A stretch of DNA of 64,000 nt, from assembly GCF_020745735.1 (NCBI RefSeq), contig NC_083401.1, positions 117,301,740 to 117,365,739 of the forward strand. Direction: 5' to 3'. A model generated the notes under the pieces. It was given only the letters and a program-made list of their open reading frames with translations. It searched no databases and was not told where the DNA came from. The position numbers and the translations under genes are program-made. Source of the stretch: Hemiscyllium ocellatum (Eukaryota). This document shows, piece after piece, positions 26,770 to 38,617 of the stretch (position 1 is the first letter of the stretch; each line of letters opens with the position of its first letter).

Positions 26770-27485
26770 AAATTTACTGTATCCCCTCATAATTGACCCC
26801 TCTACCATGGGAAAAATTCTACCATTCCACTCTATCAATGCCATTCACAATCCTGTGAACTTCTATTAAATTGCCCCTCGATCTCCTGCATTCTAATGAA
26901 AACAAACTCAACCTAACCAAGCTTTCTTCATAGCTAAGATCCGCCATTATCAGCCAACATCAGTATCCTCTCCGAAGCATCCGCTGTTCTTCTGGTAGTG
27001 TGGTGACCAGCACTGTACACAATATTCCAAGTGTGCCTTAACGAAAGTTTTTATAAAGCTGCAGCATAACGTGCCTATCCTTATACTCAATGCCCCTTCC
27101 AGTGAAGGTGAGGATGCGATAAGGCAGTTTTTACTGCCTTATCTACCTGTGCTGCCACCTTCAGTAATCTGTAAACCTGTATACCCAGTTCCCTTTGCAT
27201 ATCAGTACTCCTAAGGGTTTTGCTATTCACTATATAAATTCCACCTCTCCTTGACCTTCTAAAATGTATTATCTCACATTTATCTGGATTAAACTCCATC
27301 TGCCATTTTTCTGCCCACGTCTCCAACTGTCCTATATCCTACTATATCTTCTGACAACCCTCCACACACTATCTGCAAGTCCACCAATCTTTCTGTCATC
27401 TGAAAACTTATTAATTAGATTAGCTATGTTTTCCTCCAAATTATTTGTGTATATCATGAACAGCAGAGATCCCAGCACTGGCTCC
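26770..27485 (-). mobile_element. CR1 RT 3' region (right half of the copy split by the L1)
   Basis: WAEKWQMEFNPDKCEIIHF (ORF 27087). Confidence 0.85.
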
Positions 27486-29469
27486 TGTCAGAGCTCATGT
27501 ACAGCTTAACAGAATGTAAGTCAAATGAGAAGGAAGGCAATGTGACCAGTGCAATGTTTGAGACTAACAGCAGAGTTAATGAGAATGTTTCTGTGGAATA
27601 TTGTATGGTTCTTATTTGCTTGGTGGCACATGGGTGTTTTGGCATCCCTGCAGAAGCAGTTTCAATATTTTCCTATGAGGACCAGGATTGTCTCCTCAAA
27701 ATGGGTATGGACACAAATGGTGTGTGCCTTCCTATCTATATGGGATTTCACTGCAATGTATTCTCCTGCAATGAACAAAAAGGGACCAATGAATGAGATT
27801 ACAGTGAGTGGCATAGATGCTAGTGCTGGAACTCAAATAGTCCGGTTTTGAAGCTTCACCAGGTAGACATATCCTTTTAAGTATGTCTGGTGCTGCTCCT
27901 GGTATTACCCCCTGTATTCTGTATTGAACTGGGGTTGATCTTTTGGTTTGATGGTAGTGGTAGAATGAAGGATACGCTGGGTGTGCTTGGTAATCAACAG
28001 CTGATTTTGTTACCTGTGTACGACTTGATGTAATGAGATTTCATAAGGTCCAGACTTCACTTTGTGAACCCCTTGGTCAACTCTCTCCCAGCTGTATGCC
28101 ATTATGCTGCCACTTCTGCATGGTTTGTCATGCTGGAGGAACAAGAGGTATCCAAGGATGGTGGTGGTGTTGCTTGGCCAACGATGTTGTATGTTAGGTA
28201 TGATTGCATGAGTATGACTATGTCAGGCCATTGTTTGATTAGTCTTTGAGGCAGCTTTCCCAATTTTGTATTTGTCCTCAGATGTTTGCAAGAAAGAACG
28301 TGCAAGGTCTACACCATCAGCAACAGTTTCAGTACATGATGGACATAAAGCATAAACCTAAGGCATTGAATTGTATTTAAGTTAAAGCATGGAAACCTAT
28401 GTTTAGACTGACCAGTCTAATTTTAATGTTAATCCTTTTGAACAATAGTCCAAATCACATGTACATGGCATTTTCCTATATTATTTTGTCTTAATTCCTC
28501 AACCACACATAATATCTTACGAATGAGGAGCAGGGATAGGCAATTCAGCCCTTGAGCCTGTTCTGCTATTTGATATGATTTCGGCTGATCTCATCTTGGC
28601 CTCAACTCCAACTTTCTTGCCTGCTTTCTTGTATAACCCTTCAACCTGTTACTAATTTAAAATCTATCCATCTCCTCCTCAAATTTACTCAATGTCCAAG
28701 CATCTACCACACTTTAGTAGTGAAGTCCACAGATTTGTGAACCTTTGAGAGAGGTAATTCCTTCCTTGCGATATACATGTATATAAAGACTTTTTTTCAT
28801 TGGGGTTTAAATCTTATTTCATGCTGATAGAACAAGTCAATTAAATGGACATTTCAATTCATTTTCAGAGTTACTATTCCTCTCGTGCTACATGAACCTG
28901 GACAATTGGATAAAGTACTGGTCAATACAGATGAACAGGACTGGTCAGTTTAGTGGTCAATTATCTTTACTAAATAGAAACCTATCATTAATCACTATGT
29001 TAAATACATATTTACATTTTCTTGAGCATTGTAAAATGACATCAAGTTGTCAGCACTCTTTATACAAACTGGTACAAAAATTCTTCAGACTGGATTTCCT
29101 TCATGGTGCATGAGGTCTCAAACATTGGGCTTCCCTATCCAGCTGTGAGTGATGGTTGACAAGTTACATTAGGCGGCTATTCTAAGAACATACCCATCTC
29201 AATTATGACATAGCACAGCTAATGAATGTAAACACAAGGCTGAAGGGTCTACAAGCAACTTCAATCAGAAGTCTCTTCCTCATGTCCCTACCATAAATAT
29301 CTATCACATCCCAGGCTGCTCAGATAGACTGAACAATGGCAAATAGAATTTCATCCTGAAAAGTGAGAGGTGATGCATTTTAGTAGGACTTGACAGCAAA
29401 GGAGTAAATATTGAATGTTTCCTCATGCGGGGTAATCTAGAATGCCAGGGTCTGGTTTAGGAAGTACTC

Positions 29470-29525
29470 CTCTGTCTATCTTTCTCTCTCTGTCTCTCTC
29501 TATCCCTCTATCTCTCTCTCTCACC
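29470..29525. repeat. (CT)n imperfect microsatellite
   Basis: direct reading. Confidence 0.8.
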
Positions 29526-29784
29526 CCTCCCCTTCTCCACCTCTATAATATATCATGAATAACTAACATGATTGCTAACCTTGACCTAATGGCAACAAGA
29601 AGACATTTTCTTAATTGAAGAATATCAAATATTTTTATTTCAGAACGTTAACACACAGTACTTTTTTTTCTGGAAATGGTCTGGCAGCGCTAACTTGCAT
29701 AAATATTGTTGTCTTTCTTGTTTTAATTCACTGATAAGGACATCTTTATTGGACCTTGCATGGTAATGAAATATACTAGGATAC

Positions 29785-29819
29785 TATATATGTGTGTGTA
29801 TATATATATATATATATAT
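29785..29819. repeat. (TA)n/(TG)n microsatellite
   Basis: direct reading. Confidence 0.9.
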
Positions 29820-31165
29820 CCATTATCTTCTTTGCGATAGCTAAATCATTTGACTTCTTTCTTTAATCTTTTTTTCAAGACTTGGCATCAAAAATCCTAC
29901 ATCTCTAATATTTAGGGCTGCTGTAAGTGAACCTAAAGAATTTGTCAGAATTACTTCATAAGGTTCAAATTAATTTTAATGAGGATAATGCTTATCCAAA
30001 GAAGTGCAATGCACAATGAGGCGCAGGAGGTGACCGGTAGATTTAATACTGTCCACAGTTCATGAGAACAGTATAAGTAACCAGATACTTCGGTGGTGAT
30101 TCTGAATATCATTATCATTCATGTGCTTAAACATTGTAACCCTGAAGAATGTCATAAATATGTAACCATTTAAGGTAAAATAAAGAGATCTAACCATGTA
30201 AATGAAAGGGACAGATACAAAATATTGAACCTGATTTTGAAACTTTTTTTGGTCTTTGGAAAAATTATATGAGATGATGAAGTAACAGTTGAGAACTAAC
30301 GGGCAGAGAATGTTAATAACGTGACACAAAACATAATGTGTGGGTAAGTGTTGAAATGTTCCTGCCCAATAACCATTCTTTTTAGTTGACAAAGTAGACC
30401 TGCTGTGCAATGAATGAATGATTTGCAAGTTGTTCTGTTTTAAATGCCAAAGCAAGCGTTGTGGGAAATGATAATACAACATACTTGGATTATCCAGGCT
30501 GAAGCTAAAACAGTGGGAGGATTTCAAGGATACTTTTGATATGATACAGTATTTATCCAAAAAGGCAATAGTTCCGTGTGTGAACTTAAAACCACGGTTA
30601 ACAATCAAGATAATCCAATATTATACTGGGAGAAAAAAATCTTGTATGAACGTAAAGACAAGTTAAAGACCAGAGCATGGTAAAAAATCAAACGGGTGCA
30701 AAATTAACCCAGCTTTTATAAAAAATACGAAGAGAACAAGAATGCTAAGGGCAAAGTTTCCCCTATGAAGAGTGAATTTGGCAAGTAACTAATCATTTTT
30801 GACTTGTGAGCTGGTCAATGAGAAATGGATATGAAAAGGGTAGGTCATCAGTAATCCAGTTTTTAATTTGAGCTGGTCACTGGCATGATAATTTTGAGTG
30901 TCTGCAGATGTTTCTCATATGGTGGACAAATGCACGAATACAAAGGAAATAGAGGGCTATGGATCCTGTAAGCGATCACAGTTTTAGCATGGAACAGCAA
31001 AAACATGGCAGTGCAGGTTTGAAGGGCTGAAGGGCCTGTTGCTGTGCTGTATTGTTCTTTGTTCCTGTTGATGTAGCAAATGGCATTTGATTAATTCTTT
31101 AGATTATTGGCAAAACTTAAGTTGCACAGATTTGGAGATGGGTCAGTATTTGCCTGTGACGTAAG

Positions 31166-31585
31166 TGTCGTGGAAATTAAATTGACTCGACTCAACTATT
31201 AGCAAGAGCAAAGAAAAAGAACTTTATTATTTTTTAACCTCTGCATGCAGAGGGACCAATACACTTGGCAAAAATGTGTAAGGCACTTTAGCATAATTCA
31301 GATACTCTTCTTATATCATTCTTATCACACTCTCAAGGACAAAGGTTGGGAAGACTTGAGTGGTTGTTTTCTTCATTCCCTTGTTGTGGACATACAGTTC
31401 TTATATTTTCCTTAGCTCAAATCTGAAATTGACTGCTCACAAGGCCAGTTTGAATGTTTACAAAGTTCCGCAGAGACAAGCTGTCCCTCGACTGCAGACT
31501 TCAGCAAAGTGTCAGAAAAGTTTTAAATTTAGAAAAGCATTTCAGATTTCACAATAAATGTTAAATTTGTGAATTTTCCATTACA
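31166..31585 (-). repeat. 3' LTR (420 bp)
   Basis: Minus strand TGTAATGG...CCACGACA; direct repeat of 34587-34997 with scattered substitutions and indels. Confidence 0.93.
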
Positions 31586-31599
31586 TTTTCCCCCTTTTT
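31586..31599 (-). promoter_or_regulatory. polypurine tract
   Basis: AAAAAGGGGGAAAA immediately upstream of the 3' LTR. Confidence 0.9.
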
Positions 31600-31668
31600 G
31601 TCATTTTATGACAACAACGATAACAAAAAGTAGAACCAGATTTTTTAAAAATCTACAGAGCCAGATAG

Positions 31669-32241
31669 CTAAAAATCAGTGATCATAACAGCTGTCTGTG
31701 TTGTAAGGAGCATTTGAAACGGTCCCAGCCACCTCTTCGCTTTCCAGTTTTTCCTCCTGAAGTCTTTCACCACTATACAATCTCCAGGTTCTAGATCATG
31801 CAGCTTCCCTACTGCTGGTTGGGGTAGTGCTGCTTTCACTTGATTCTGTATTTCAGACAAAAGTGTAGACAGTTTTATACAGTAACACAACATCTAATCC
31901 TCACAGTGGCCTGTTATCTGTTTTACCTTAGGTCTTGGGTCAATTCCTGTATTGGGCAGCCTACCAAACAAAATCTCAAATGAACTAAGATTAGCTTTTC
32001 CTCTCCTCCTAGATCTCATATACATTAGCACAATCGGAAGTGCCTTTGTCTATGTCACCCCTAGTTCCTCACAACATTTTGTCAATTTATTTTTTTAAGG
32101 TAACATTTTCTCTTTCCACTGCCCCACTGCTTACAGGGTGGCAGGCACAATGTTGTCTCATGTTTGTTCCCAAATAATCACTGATCTGCTGTAGGGCATT
32201 ATTGACAAATTATGTCCATTGTCACTAAGCCTTTCAAGGAT
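31669..32241 (-). pseudogene. pol: retroviral integrase, core 3' half plus C-terminal domain
   Basis: ERLSDNG...HP.SSGAVEREN.TLK..L.K...TKALPIVL...SSFEILFGR; LEPGDCIVVKDFRRK...RWLGPFQMLLTT (GPY/F). Confidence 0.9.
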
Positions 32242-32400
32242 GCTGCTGTGTCTACCAAAAAAGGTAACTGGTGTACCTTCCACATATAACATAGAGGTAG
32301 GCATTGTTTTATATGCATCATCATTATACAGAACATATGGTCCATGCTCTGCAATCTCAGTGCTCAATATAGGGGTGGGACTTGTTTCCGTGTCTGTAAG
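32240..32400 (-). pseudogene. pro: retroviral protease N-terminal stub
   Basis: MLYVEGTPVTF(+1 T)LVDTAAS resembles the LVDTGA active-site motif; truncated immediately after it. Confidence 0.75.
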
Positions 32401-32458
32401 GTTAGTAGAAGAGATTAGCATAAGCGAGTCTTCATTGCTAAGCATAAAGGAAAGATGT

Positions 32459-34033
32459 TTACCTGTGCCTGTGAGCTGCCCACCTCCACCTCAGCCTTCC
32501 CCTGTCAGGTACCCTGCTGTCCCGCCTCGAGGGCCGATTGAGGATGTTTGTGCGAGCACAGTCTCGTTTGTGGTCCATTGCTCCACAAACAAAGCATCTG
32601 CCAGATCTACCTCTGCCAGCACCTCTTCCTTTCTCTTTTTCTGCAGCACCTCCCTCCAATAGTTGGGTGACCATCTGCATCATAGTAAACTGAGCTTTAT
32701 GTGCTTGCTGTTACAGCTTCAATTTCAGCATATCTTTCTCTTAGGTAAGCAATTTTTCAGCATGTATCACATGTTCTGTCAAATTCAGCTTTCCCGTGTC
32801 CCAGGTAATACATGTGTCCTTTACCTTTTTCGTTATTTCATCCTTCATTCCATTGATGAAGCTGTTCCTCAGGTGTGCCTCATATGGCATTATGTTTTCA
32901 GCTGGTCTCAGTCGACTATGGGTGTTATGGACTTCAGTGAGGCGCGTAAGGTACTGGGACACTGTCTCACCTTCTCGTTGTTTACACATTGCTATTTTGG
33001 TCATGTTCATTCGCACTGGGAATACCTCCCTATGGTCGGTCACCAGCGTTGCAACAAAAGCATTAAAGTTTCCGTTCTCTTCCGCTTGCGGGTTGGTTAC
33101 TCTGGCATGGACGTTTACAGCTGGCCATTTATACTTGAGTTTGGTGACATCAGCACCCAGTTTTCATCCCAGGAGATGTCTCATCTCATACGATGTGGGA
33201 CGGAACTCGATACAGAACTTCATCACTTCTTCAGCGAGCTTATTACCTCCAACCTCGCGTGGGTCAGGCAACTGCCCATAGGCAGTTTCCAAATCCTTCA
33301 TGGTCCATGGTCAGTGGACCAACACTAGATACCCTTCTGGACCTGCAACTTCAACCACTGGGGCTTGCAGAACCACCTGGTTAGACGATCCTACGTCAGT
33401 ACTCTCGCTGTCTGACTCATCATCTGTCATGGAGTGATCGTGAACAGGCTCTAGATACTTTTCCATCTTGGAGTGGCTGTTCTTCTTTTGGGCTTCTTGC
33501 TTCAATTGGTTGCAGGGTATGGCATGCTATCGGTTATTCAGCAGACCCTGAGGCGACAGCCGCTGACTTGGAAGCTTCGCCAGGTGGATCTCGTACGGGT
33601 GCTGTAGGTCTCGGAGGGCAGTCATCAAGGTCAGGATCTGAAACAGACTTAAGATACTGTACAACTTCATTAGGTGTTTTCTGCGTGCGTCTGCATGTGC
33701 ACTAGTGTTTGTATGTGTATTTGATCTATCTTTTACTTGAGATTTCCTTTCCCTAATATCAGCCTCAGCCTTCCACATGTTATAAGCACTCCAATTCACA
33801 GGTTCTATTTTTCCCTTCCATTTCTCCTTCTCTCTCTCCTCCAACCTCGACCTCAATATTTCCAATTGCCTTTTACTAAAACTTCCTCCCTCTGGAAAAC
33901 CACATTCCTTGATCCACAATTCTAACTGCTTTACAGGCTCTGGGTCGTAATTATTTAGTATGTACTGTATTTTTGGTTGGCCATTCCAAATCGTCTGTGT
34001 ACCCTCTTTTTGTTTGCTCTTGCCGGAGCCCAT
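32459..34033 (-). pseudogene. gag: retroviral gag (matrix, capsid, nucleocapsid), frameshifted
   Basis: MGSGKS myristoylation-type start in AAAATGG context; LQAPVVEVAGP...PWTMKDL...LPDP (CA N-terminus); KQREGETVSQYLTRL (MHR); CFVCGAMDH-KRDC zinc-knuckle remnant. Confidence 0.88.
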
Positions 34034-34561
34034 TTTTAGCATTACTGGAAAAGTGTTCAGCTCTCTCTTTCGCATGCGCGGTCCTATTATCTTTTCCCTT
34101 TTACTTGCTTTTTATCTCTGAGGTCCCCTCTCATATTGGGCGCATCCGCCTCAATACCTTGGTTTTCGTAAACCAAGAAACCACGTGCCTGTATGTCTTT
34201 GGCGAGTCCAACTTCGCCAATGATGGTTCCAAGTTTAAAACCACCCTTAAACTTGCTGTCTCTTAAACACTCCAGAGACGCCAATCCTTTCCCTTAGGTT
34301 TTGCTCAAATACCGTGCCAGAGTCTCCTGAACCCTTTTCCTGATTCACTTATTCTCTTAGAATGAGTCTCTATGTAGGAATATGTAAGCCACGACTCTTA
34401 CTCCAACCCTATTTGATTCGAACCTTGGCGCTGGGTGACCCACAGATTCCCAGTCCTCTCACGCAAAATGGCCAATTCAGCACTTGAGTTGAAGTGAAAG
34501 ACCTTCAAGTCGCTGGTGCCTGTGCCTCCTGGGAATCCTCAGAATCTCACCCAGTCACAGG

Positions 34562-34579
34562 ATGCCGGACAAGTCCCCA
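34562..34579 (-). promoter_or_regulatory. primer-binding site, tRNA-Pro-like
   Basis: TGGGGACTTGTCCGGCAT, 15/18 match to the tRNA-Pro PBS TGGGGGCTCGTCCGGGAT, 7 nt downstream of the 5' LTR. Confidence 0.85.
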
Positions 34580-34586
34580 AGTTTAC

Positions 34587-34997
34587 TGTCATGGAAACTA
34601 ATTTGACTCGACTCAAGAGCAAAGAAAAAGAACTTTATTATTTTTTAACCTCTGCATGCAGAGGGACAAATATACCTGGCAAAAATGCCTTGTATAAGGG
34701 TATTTGAGCATAATTCAGATACCATTCTTATCATGCTCTCAAGGACAAAGATTGGGAAGACTTGAGTGGTTATTTTTCATTCCCTTGTTGTAGACATACT
34801 GTTCTTATGTTTTCCTTAACTCAAATCTGAAATTGACTGCTCACAAGGCTGGTTTGAATGTTGACAAAGTTCCACAGAGACAAGCTGACCTTTGACTGCA
34901 GACTTCAGCAAAGTTGCAAAGTGTCAGAAAAGTTTTAAATTTAGAAAAGCATTTCAGATTTCACAGTAAATGTGAAATATTTTCATTTTCCATTACA
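34587..34997 (-). repeat. 5' LTR (411 bp)
   Basis: TG...CA termini; AATAAA on minus at 34634-34639. Confidence 0.93.
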
Positions 34998-35361
34998 TAG
35001 TACAGGTGGTTCAGAATTGAAATCAGGAAGAATCTTCTCATACAATGGGCAGTGAAGTCATTGATCCCTCTCCAGGTGGTATGTGGATTTGGGATCATCG
35101 AAAGTTCCTTCCATCATTCCAATATGTTGTGTGAGCAGTTACAGTATATAGATCAAATATGGATTAACATTTAAACACAAATCCATAGTGTTAAAATGGA
35201 ATCATTACAAACATTAATAGGCAAAATGGCTTTCCTCTGTTCCTATACAAATAATATTTTGCATGACATGTACATCCATATCTGACCATGGCGAACAGTG
35301 AACCTGCAAATTATATTTTCAAACCTTCCATATTCACATCTTTCATGAGCTTCATGTATAG

Positions 35362-36030
35362 GACCATAAGTTATGGAAGCAGAAGTAAGTCATTCAGCCT
35401 ATCAAGTGAATGCACCATTCATTGAGATCATGACTGATTTGATTAACTTGAACTCTACTTTCCTGCCTTTTTACAATAACCCTTGATTCCCTTACTGATT
35501 AAAAATCTATCTCAGCTATATACCCAACATTAATAACCGTCTACTGTAAAGAATCCCACAAATTAACTACCGTTTGAGAGAAGAAATTCCTTCTCCTCTC
35601 TCTCTTAAATGTGCAACCCCTCATTCTGAGGAAATGCCCTTTGATCCTAGTTTCTCCCACAAGGGGATAAAATCTTTCTGCATCTACCCCTCCAATGCCG
35701 GTATATCTTTCTTTAGACGAGGGGATCAAAATTGTTCACAGTATTCCAGCTATGATCTGATATTGTTTTACCAAGACCTCCTTATTTTTGTAATCCAATC
35801 CTTTGAAATAAGGACTAACATTCTATTTGCCTTCCCTATTATCCATTGAACTTGGATGCTAACTTCTTGAGACTGATGAACATGGACTCATAAATCCTTC
35901 TGCTCTGTAGAGTTCAGAAGTCTTTCTCCTGTGAAATAATATTCAGCTGTTCTAGTCTTCCTGCCAAAGTGCACAAACCTCAACATTTGCCATAATATAT
36001 TCCATCTGACATGTTTTGCCCACTCTCTCA
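35362..36030 (-). mobile_element. CR1 3' fragment
   Basis: RRRNFFSQTVVNLWDSL (ORF 35541). Confidence 0.8.
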
Positions 36031-36034
36031 ACTG

Positions 36035-36640
36035 ACATTGAGTTTAGGAGTTAGGAGGTCATGTAGCTGCTGCAGGACATTGATTAGGCCACTTTCGGAA
36101 TATTGCAATTCGCAATTCTGGTCTCTCTGCTATAGGAAAGGTATCGTGAAACTTGAAAGGGTTCAGAAAAGATTTACAAGGATTTTGCCAGGGTTGGACG
36201 GTTTGAGCAATAGGGAGAGGCTGAATAGGCTGGTGCTATTTTCCCAGTAGTATCGGAGGTTGAGGGGTGACCTTATAGAAGTTTATAAAATTGTGAAGAG
36301 CTTGGATATGGTGAATAGTCTTTTCCACAGTAGGGGAGTCCACAACTGGAGGGTACAGGCTTAAGGTGAGAGGGGAAAGATTTAAAAGGGACCTAAGGGA
36401 CAACTTATTCGTGCAGAAGATGGTGCATGTATGGAATGAACTGTTAGAGGAAGTGGTGGATGCTGGTACAATTATAACATTTAAGAGGCATCTGGATACG
36501 TATATGAATAGGAAGGGTTGCGAGGGATACGGGCCAAGTGCTGGCAAATGGGACTAGATTAATTTAGGATATCTGCTCGTCATGGATGGGTTGGATCTGA
36601 AGGGTCTGTTTCTGTACTGTACATCCCTGTGACTTTATGT
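36035..36640 (+). mobile_element. CR1 (HER1-like) 3' fragment
   Basis: LERVQKRFTRILPGL; VHVWNELLEEVVDAGTIITFKRHLD. Confidence 0.88.
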
Positions 36641-36758
36641 TTATATCTCTCTGCAGATTCTTTTTGTCATAAACCCTGCTTTATATGTAACATTCAGAGG
36701 ATGATGAAGAGTCAACCATATTAATCTGTGTCTGGCATCTCTCACAGGACAGACTAGG

Positions 36759-36876
36759 GGTGTATCTTGTGGTACAATGGAAGTGTTCCTACCTCAGAGC
36801 CAGGAGATCCAAATTTTAGTCCCACCTGCTCCAGTGGTGTGTAATAATATCACTGAACAGGCTGATTAAGAAATAT
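36759..36876 (+). mobile_element. short tRNA-head SINE
   Basis: Homologous to 838-957; TSD CTAGG (36754-36758 / 36877-36881). Confidence 0.65.
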
Positions 36877-36934
36877 CTAGGTGAGATTGGGTAAGCACAG
36901 AGACTTCTCTCCCTGAGTGAAACTGAGAACCAGA

Positions 36935-37300
36935 TGTAATATAGTATGGAAATAGACCCTTCCATCCAAATTGTTTATGCTGACCAGTTTTCCCAAACTA
37001 ATCTTGTTCCATTTTCCTGCATTTGGCCTACATCTCTCTGAACCTTTCTTATTCATGTTCCTGGCCAAATGTCTTTTAAATGTTATAACTGTACCTGTAT
37101 TGACCACTTCCTCTGGCAGTTCATTCAATTTGTGCACCTCCCTCTGTGGAAAAAGTTGCCCCTCAGATCCCTTTTAAATCTTTACCCCCCTCTCCTGAAC
37201 CTATTCCCTCTAGTTTTGAACTCCCCTACCCAAGGGAAAAGACCTTTGTTGTTCACCTTATCTATGCTGCTGATGTTTTATAAACCTGTATAAGGTAACT
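36935..37300 (-). mobile_element. CR1 3' fragment
   Basis: LNELPEEVVNTGTVITFKRHL (ORF 36877). Confidence 0.85.
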
Positions 37301-37304
37301 CTTT

Positions 37305-37570
37305 TAAAAATGTCATGACACTACTATGAAGGGGGGGGGAAGATGGAGGATCTCCTCGTGTCCTGGCCAATTGTTAGCACTAAAGTAGATTATTTGGATA
37401 TACTGTAATTGCTGTTTGAGTTCATGCCTGAGTTTATGGCTGCATTTCTCTACCATGATCACACTGATTGGTTATCTGTTTATGCTGCCTGCAGCTCAAG
37501 ATATACCATACATTTGACACATCCTGAATTCATGAAAGGGGCTATAAAATTGCAAGTTCTCCTTTTTTGA
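37305..37570 (+). mobile_element. Deu-domain SINE, 3' half, decayed
   Basis: GTGTCCTGGCCAA...AGATTATTTGG...TTGCTGTTTG...GCTATAAAATTGCAAG resembles the Deu domain and tail. Confidence 0.55.
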
Positions 37571-37683
37571 GATGCTTTACACAAGTTTAGCCTATCTGTA
37601 GTTCCAGATCATGTCAAAAATCATAGATTTGTGCATCCCATACATCTATATATTTTATTGGTAATAATGCCAATTTGCCAATA

Positions 37684-38617
37684 CAGAGGAACCTTGATTA
37701 TCCGAATATTAATTATCCAAATTTCAGATTATCCAAAGAAGATCTCAAAGTACCAATAGAAACATTACTTAAAAGAGATGTTTCAACACTGATCGTGTCT
37801 TTTGTTTAAAATGATTAAAAGTGAACTTGGCTTACTGAAATGCTGCCGGCAACAGTTCTGGATAGTGATGGGAGGCCAGGCACCGTTTCTAAATGACCGA
37901 CTGCCCACCCTACCCTCTCTTTTTCTCTCTTACTCTCCACCTCCACCCCCCCCCCCCCCCCCCCCAAGCCGCCCAAACTTTCTCTGGCATTCTGTACAGG
38001 GCTGTGCCCTAAATCTTTCTTCCCCAGATAATCTGCACAGGGCAAAGGTGGAACCTGTCAAAATGTTGCGATAAAAAGTTGTGTGTGGGGGCTGTGTGTG
38101 CACTATTTTGACATTCACCCTCCAAAGGCAGCAGCAGTGTTACTGTTGGTGTCCAGTCCAACTGCTCCAGAGTGGAGGGGGGTGGGCAGACGCAGTGTCA
38201 CGGGAGCTGACAAGGCAGGGGTGCACGGAGTGTGGATGTGGGTGGGGGCAATGTAGGATGGGGTTGGGGGGACAGACGGGGTGGGGCAGGCAGATGGGGG
38301 CTTGCGTGTGGTGTGCTGCTGCTTAGTCTCCTGAATGGGGAGCGGACTTAGCAAGTGCTTGCTGTGTCAATCCCATTCAACTGATTTTTTTGATGGGGGT
38401 GTGGGGGGCTTCAGCAATGCTGCAGGTCCTTTACACACACGTGTGTCTGCTCAGAAACTAGCCCTGAGACACACAGACAGGGAACCAGACAGGCAGAGGA
38501 AGGAAGAAAGAAAACTCTCAGCCCTAGAGGAGAGGCATTGAATCAATTAATCAAATAATGAATTATCCAAATGAAATACTGCCCGCCTATCTCATTCACA
38601 TAATCAAGGTTCCTCTG
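37684..38617. mobile_element. non-autonomous pogo/Tigger-like DNA transposon (934 bp)
   Basis: Perfect 18-bp TIR CAGAGGAACCTTGATTAT / ATAATCAAGGTTCCTCTG; TA on both flanks; subterminal ATTATCCRAA repeats. Confidence 0.88.

Larger units (their letters stand above)
31166..34997 (-). mobile_element. internally deleted class I (gamma/epsilon-like) endogenous retrovirus
   Basis: Paired LTRs, PBS, PPT, gag (MA/CA/NC), protease stub and integrase 3' half; no RT/RNase H and no env. Confidence 0.92.

Noticed and set aside
30060-30608. 182-aa minus-strand ORF
   Set aside because: Low-information F/I/L/Y-rich antisense frame of an A-rich region that appears to be a very eroded CR1 on +
32663-33328. 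221-aa and 161-aa plus-strand ORFs as antisense viral genes
   Set aside because: Shadows of gag with non-ATG starts and no recognisable motif
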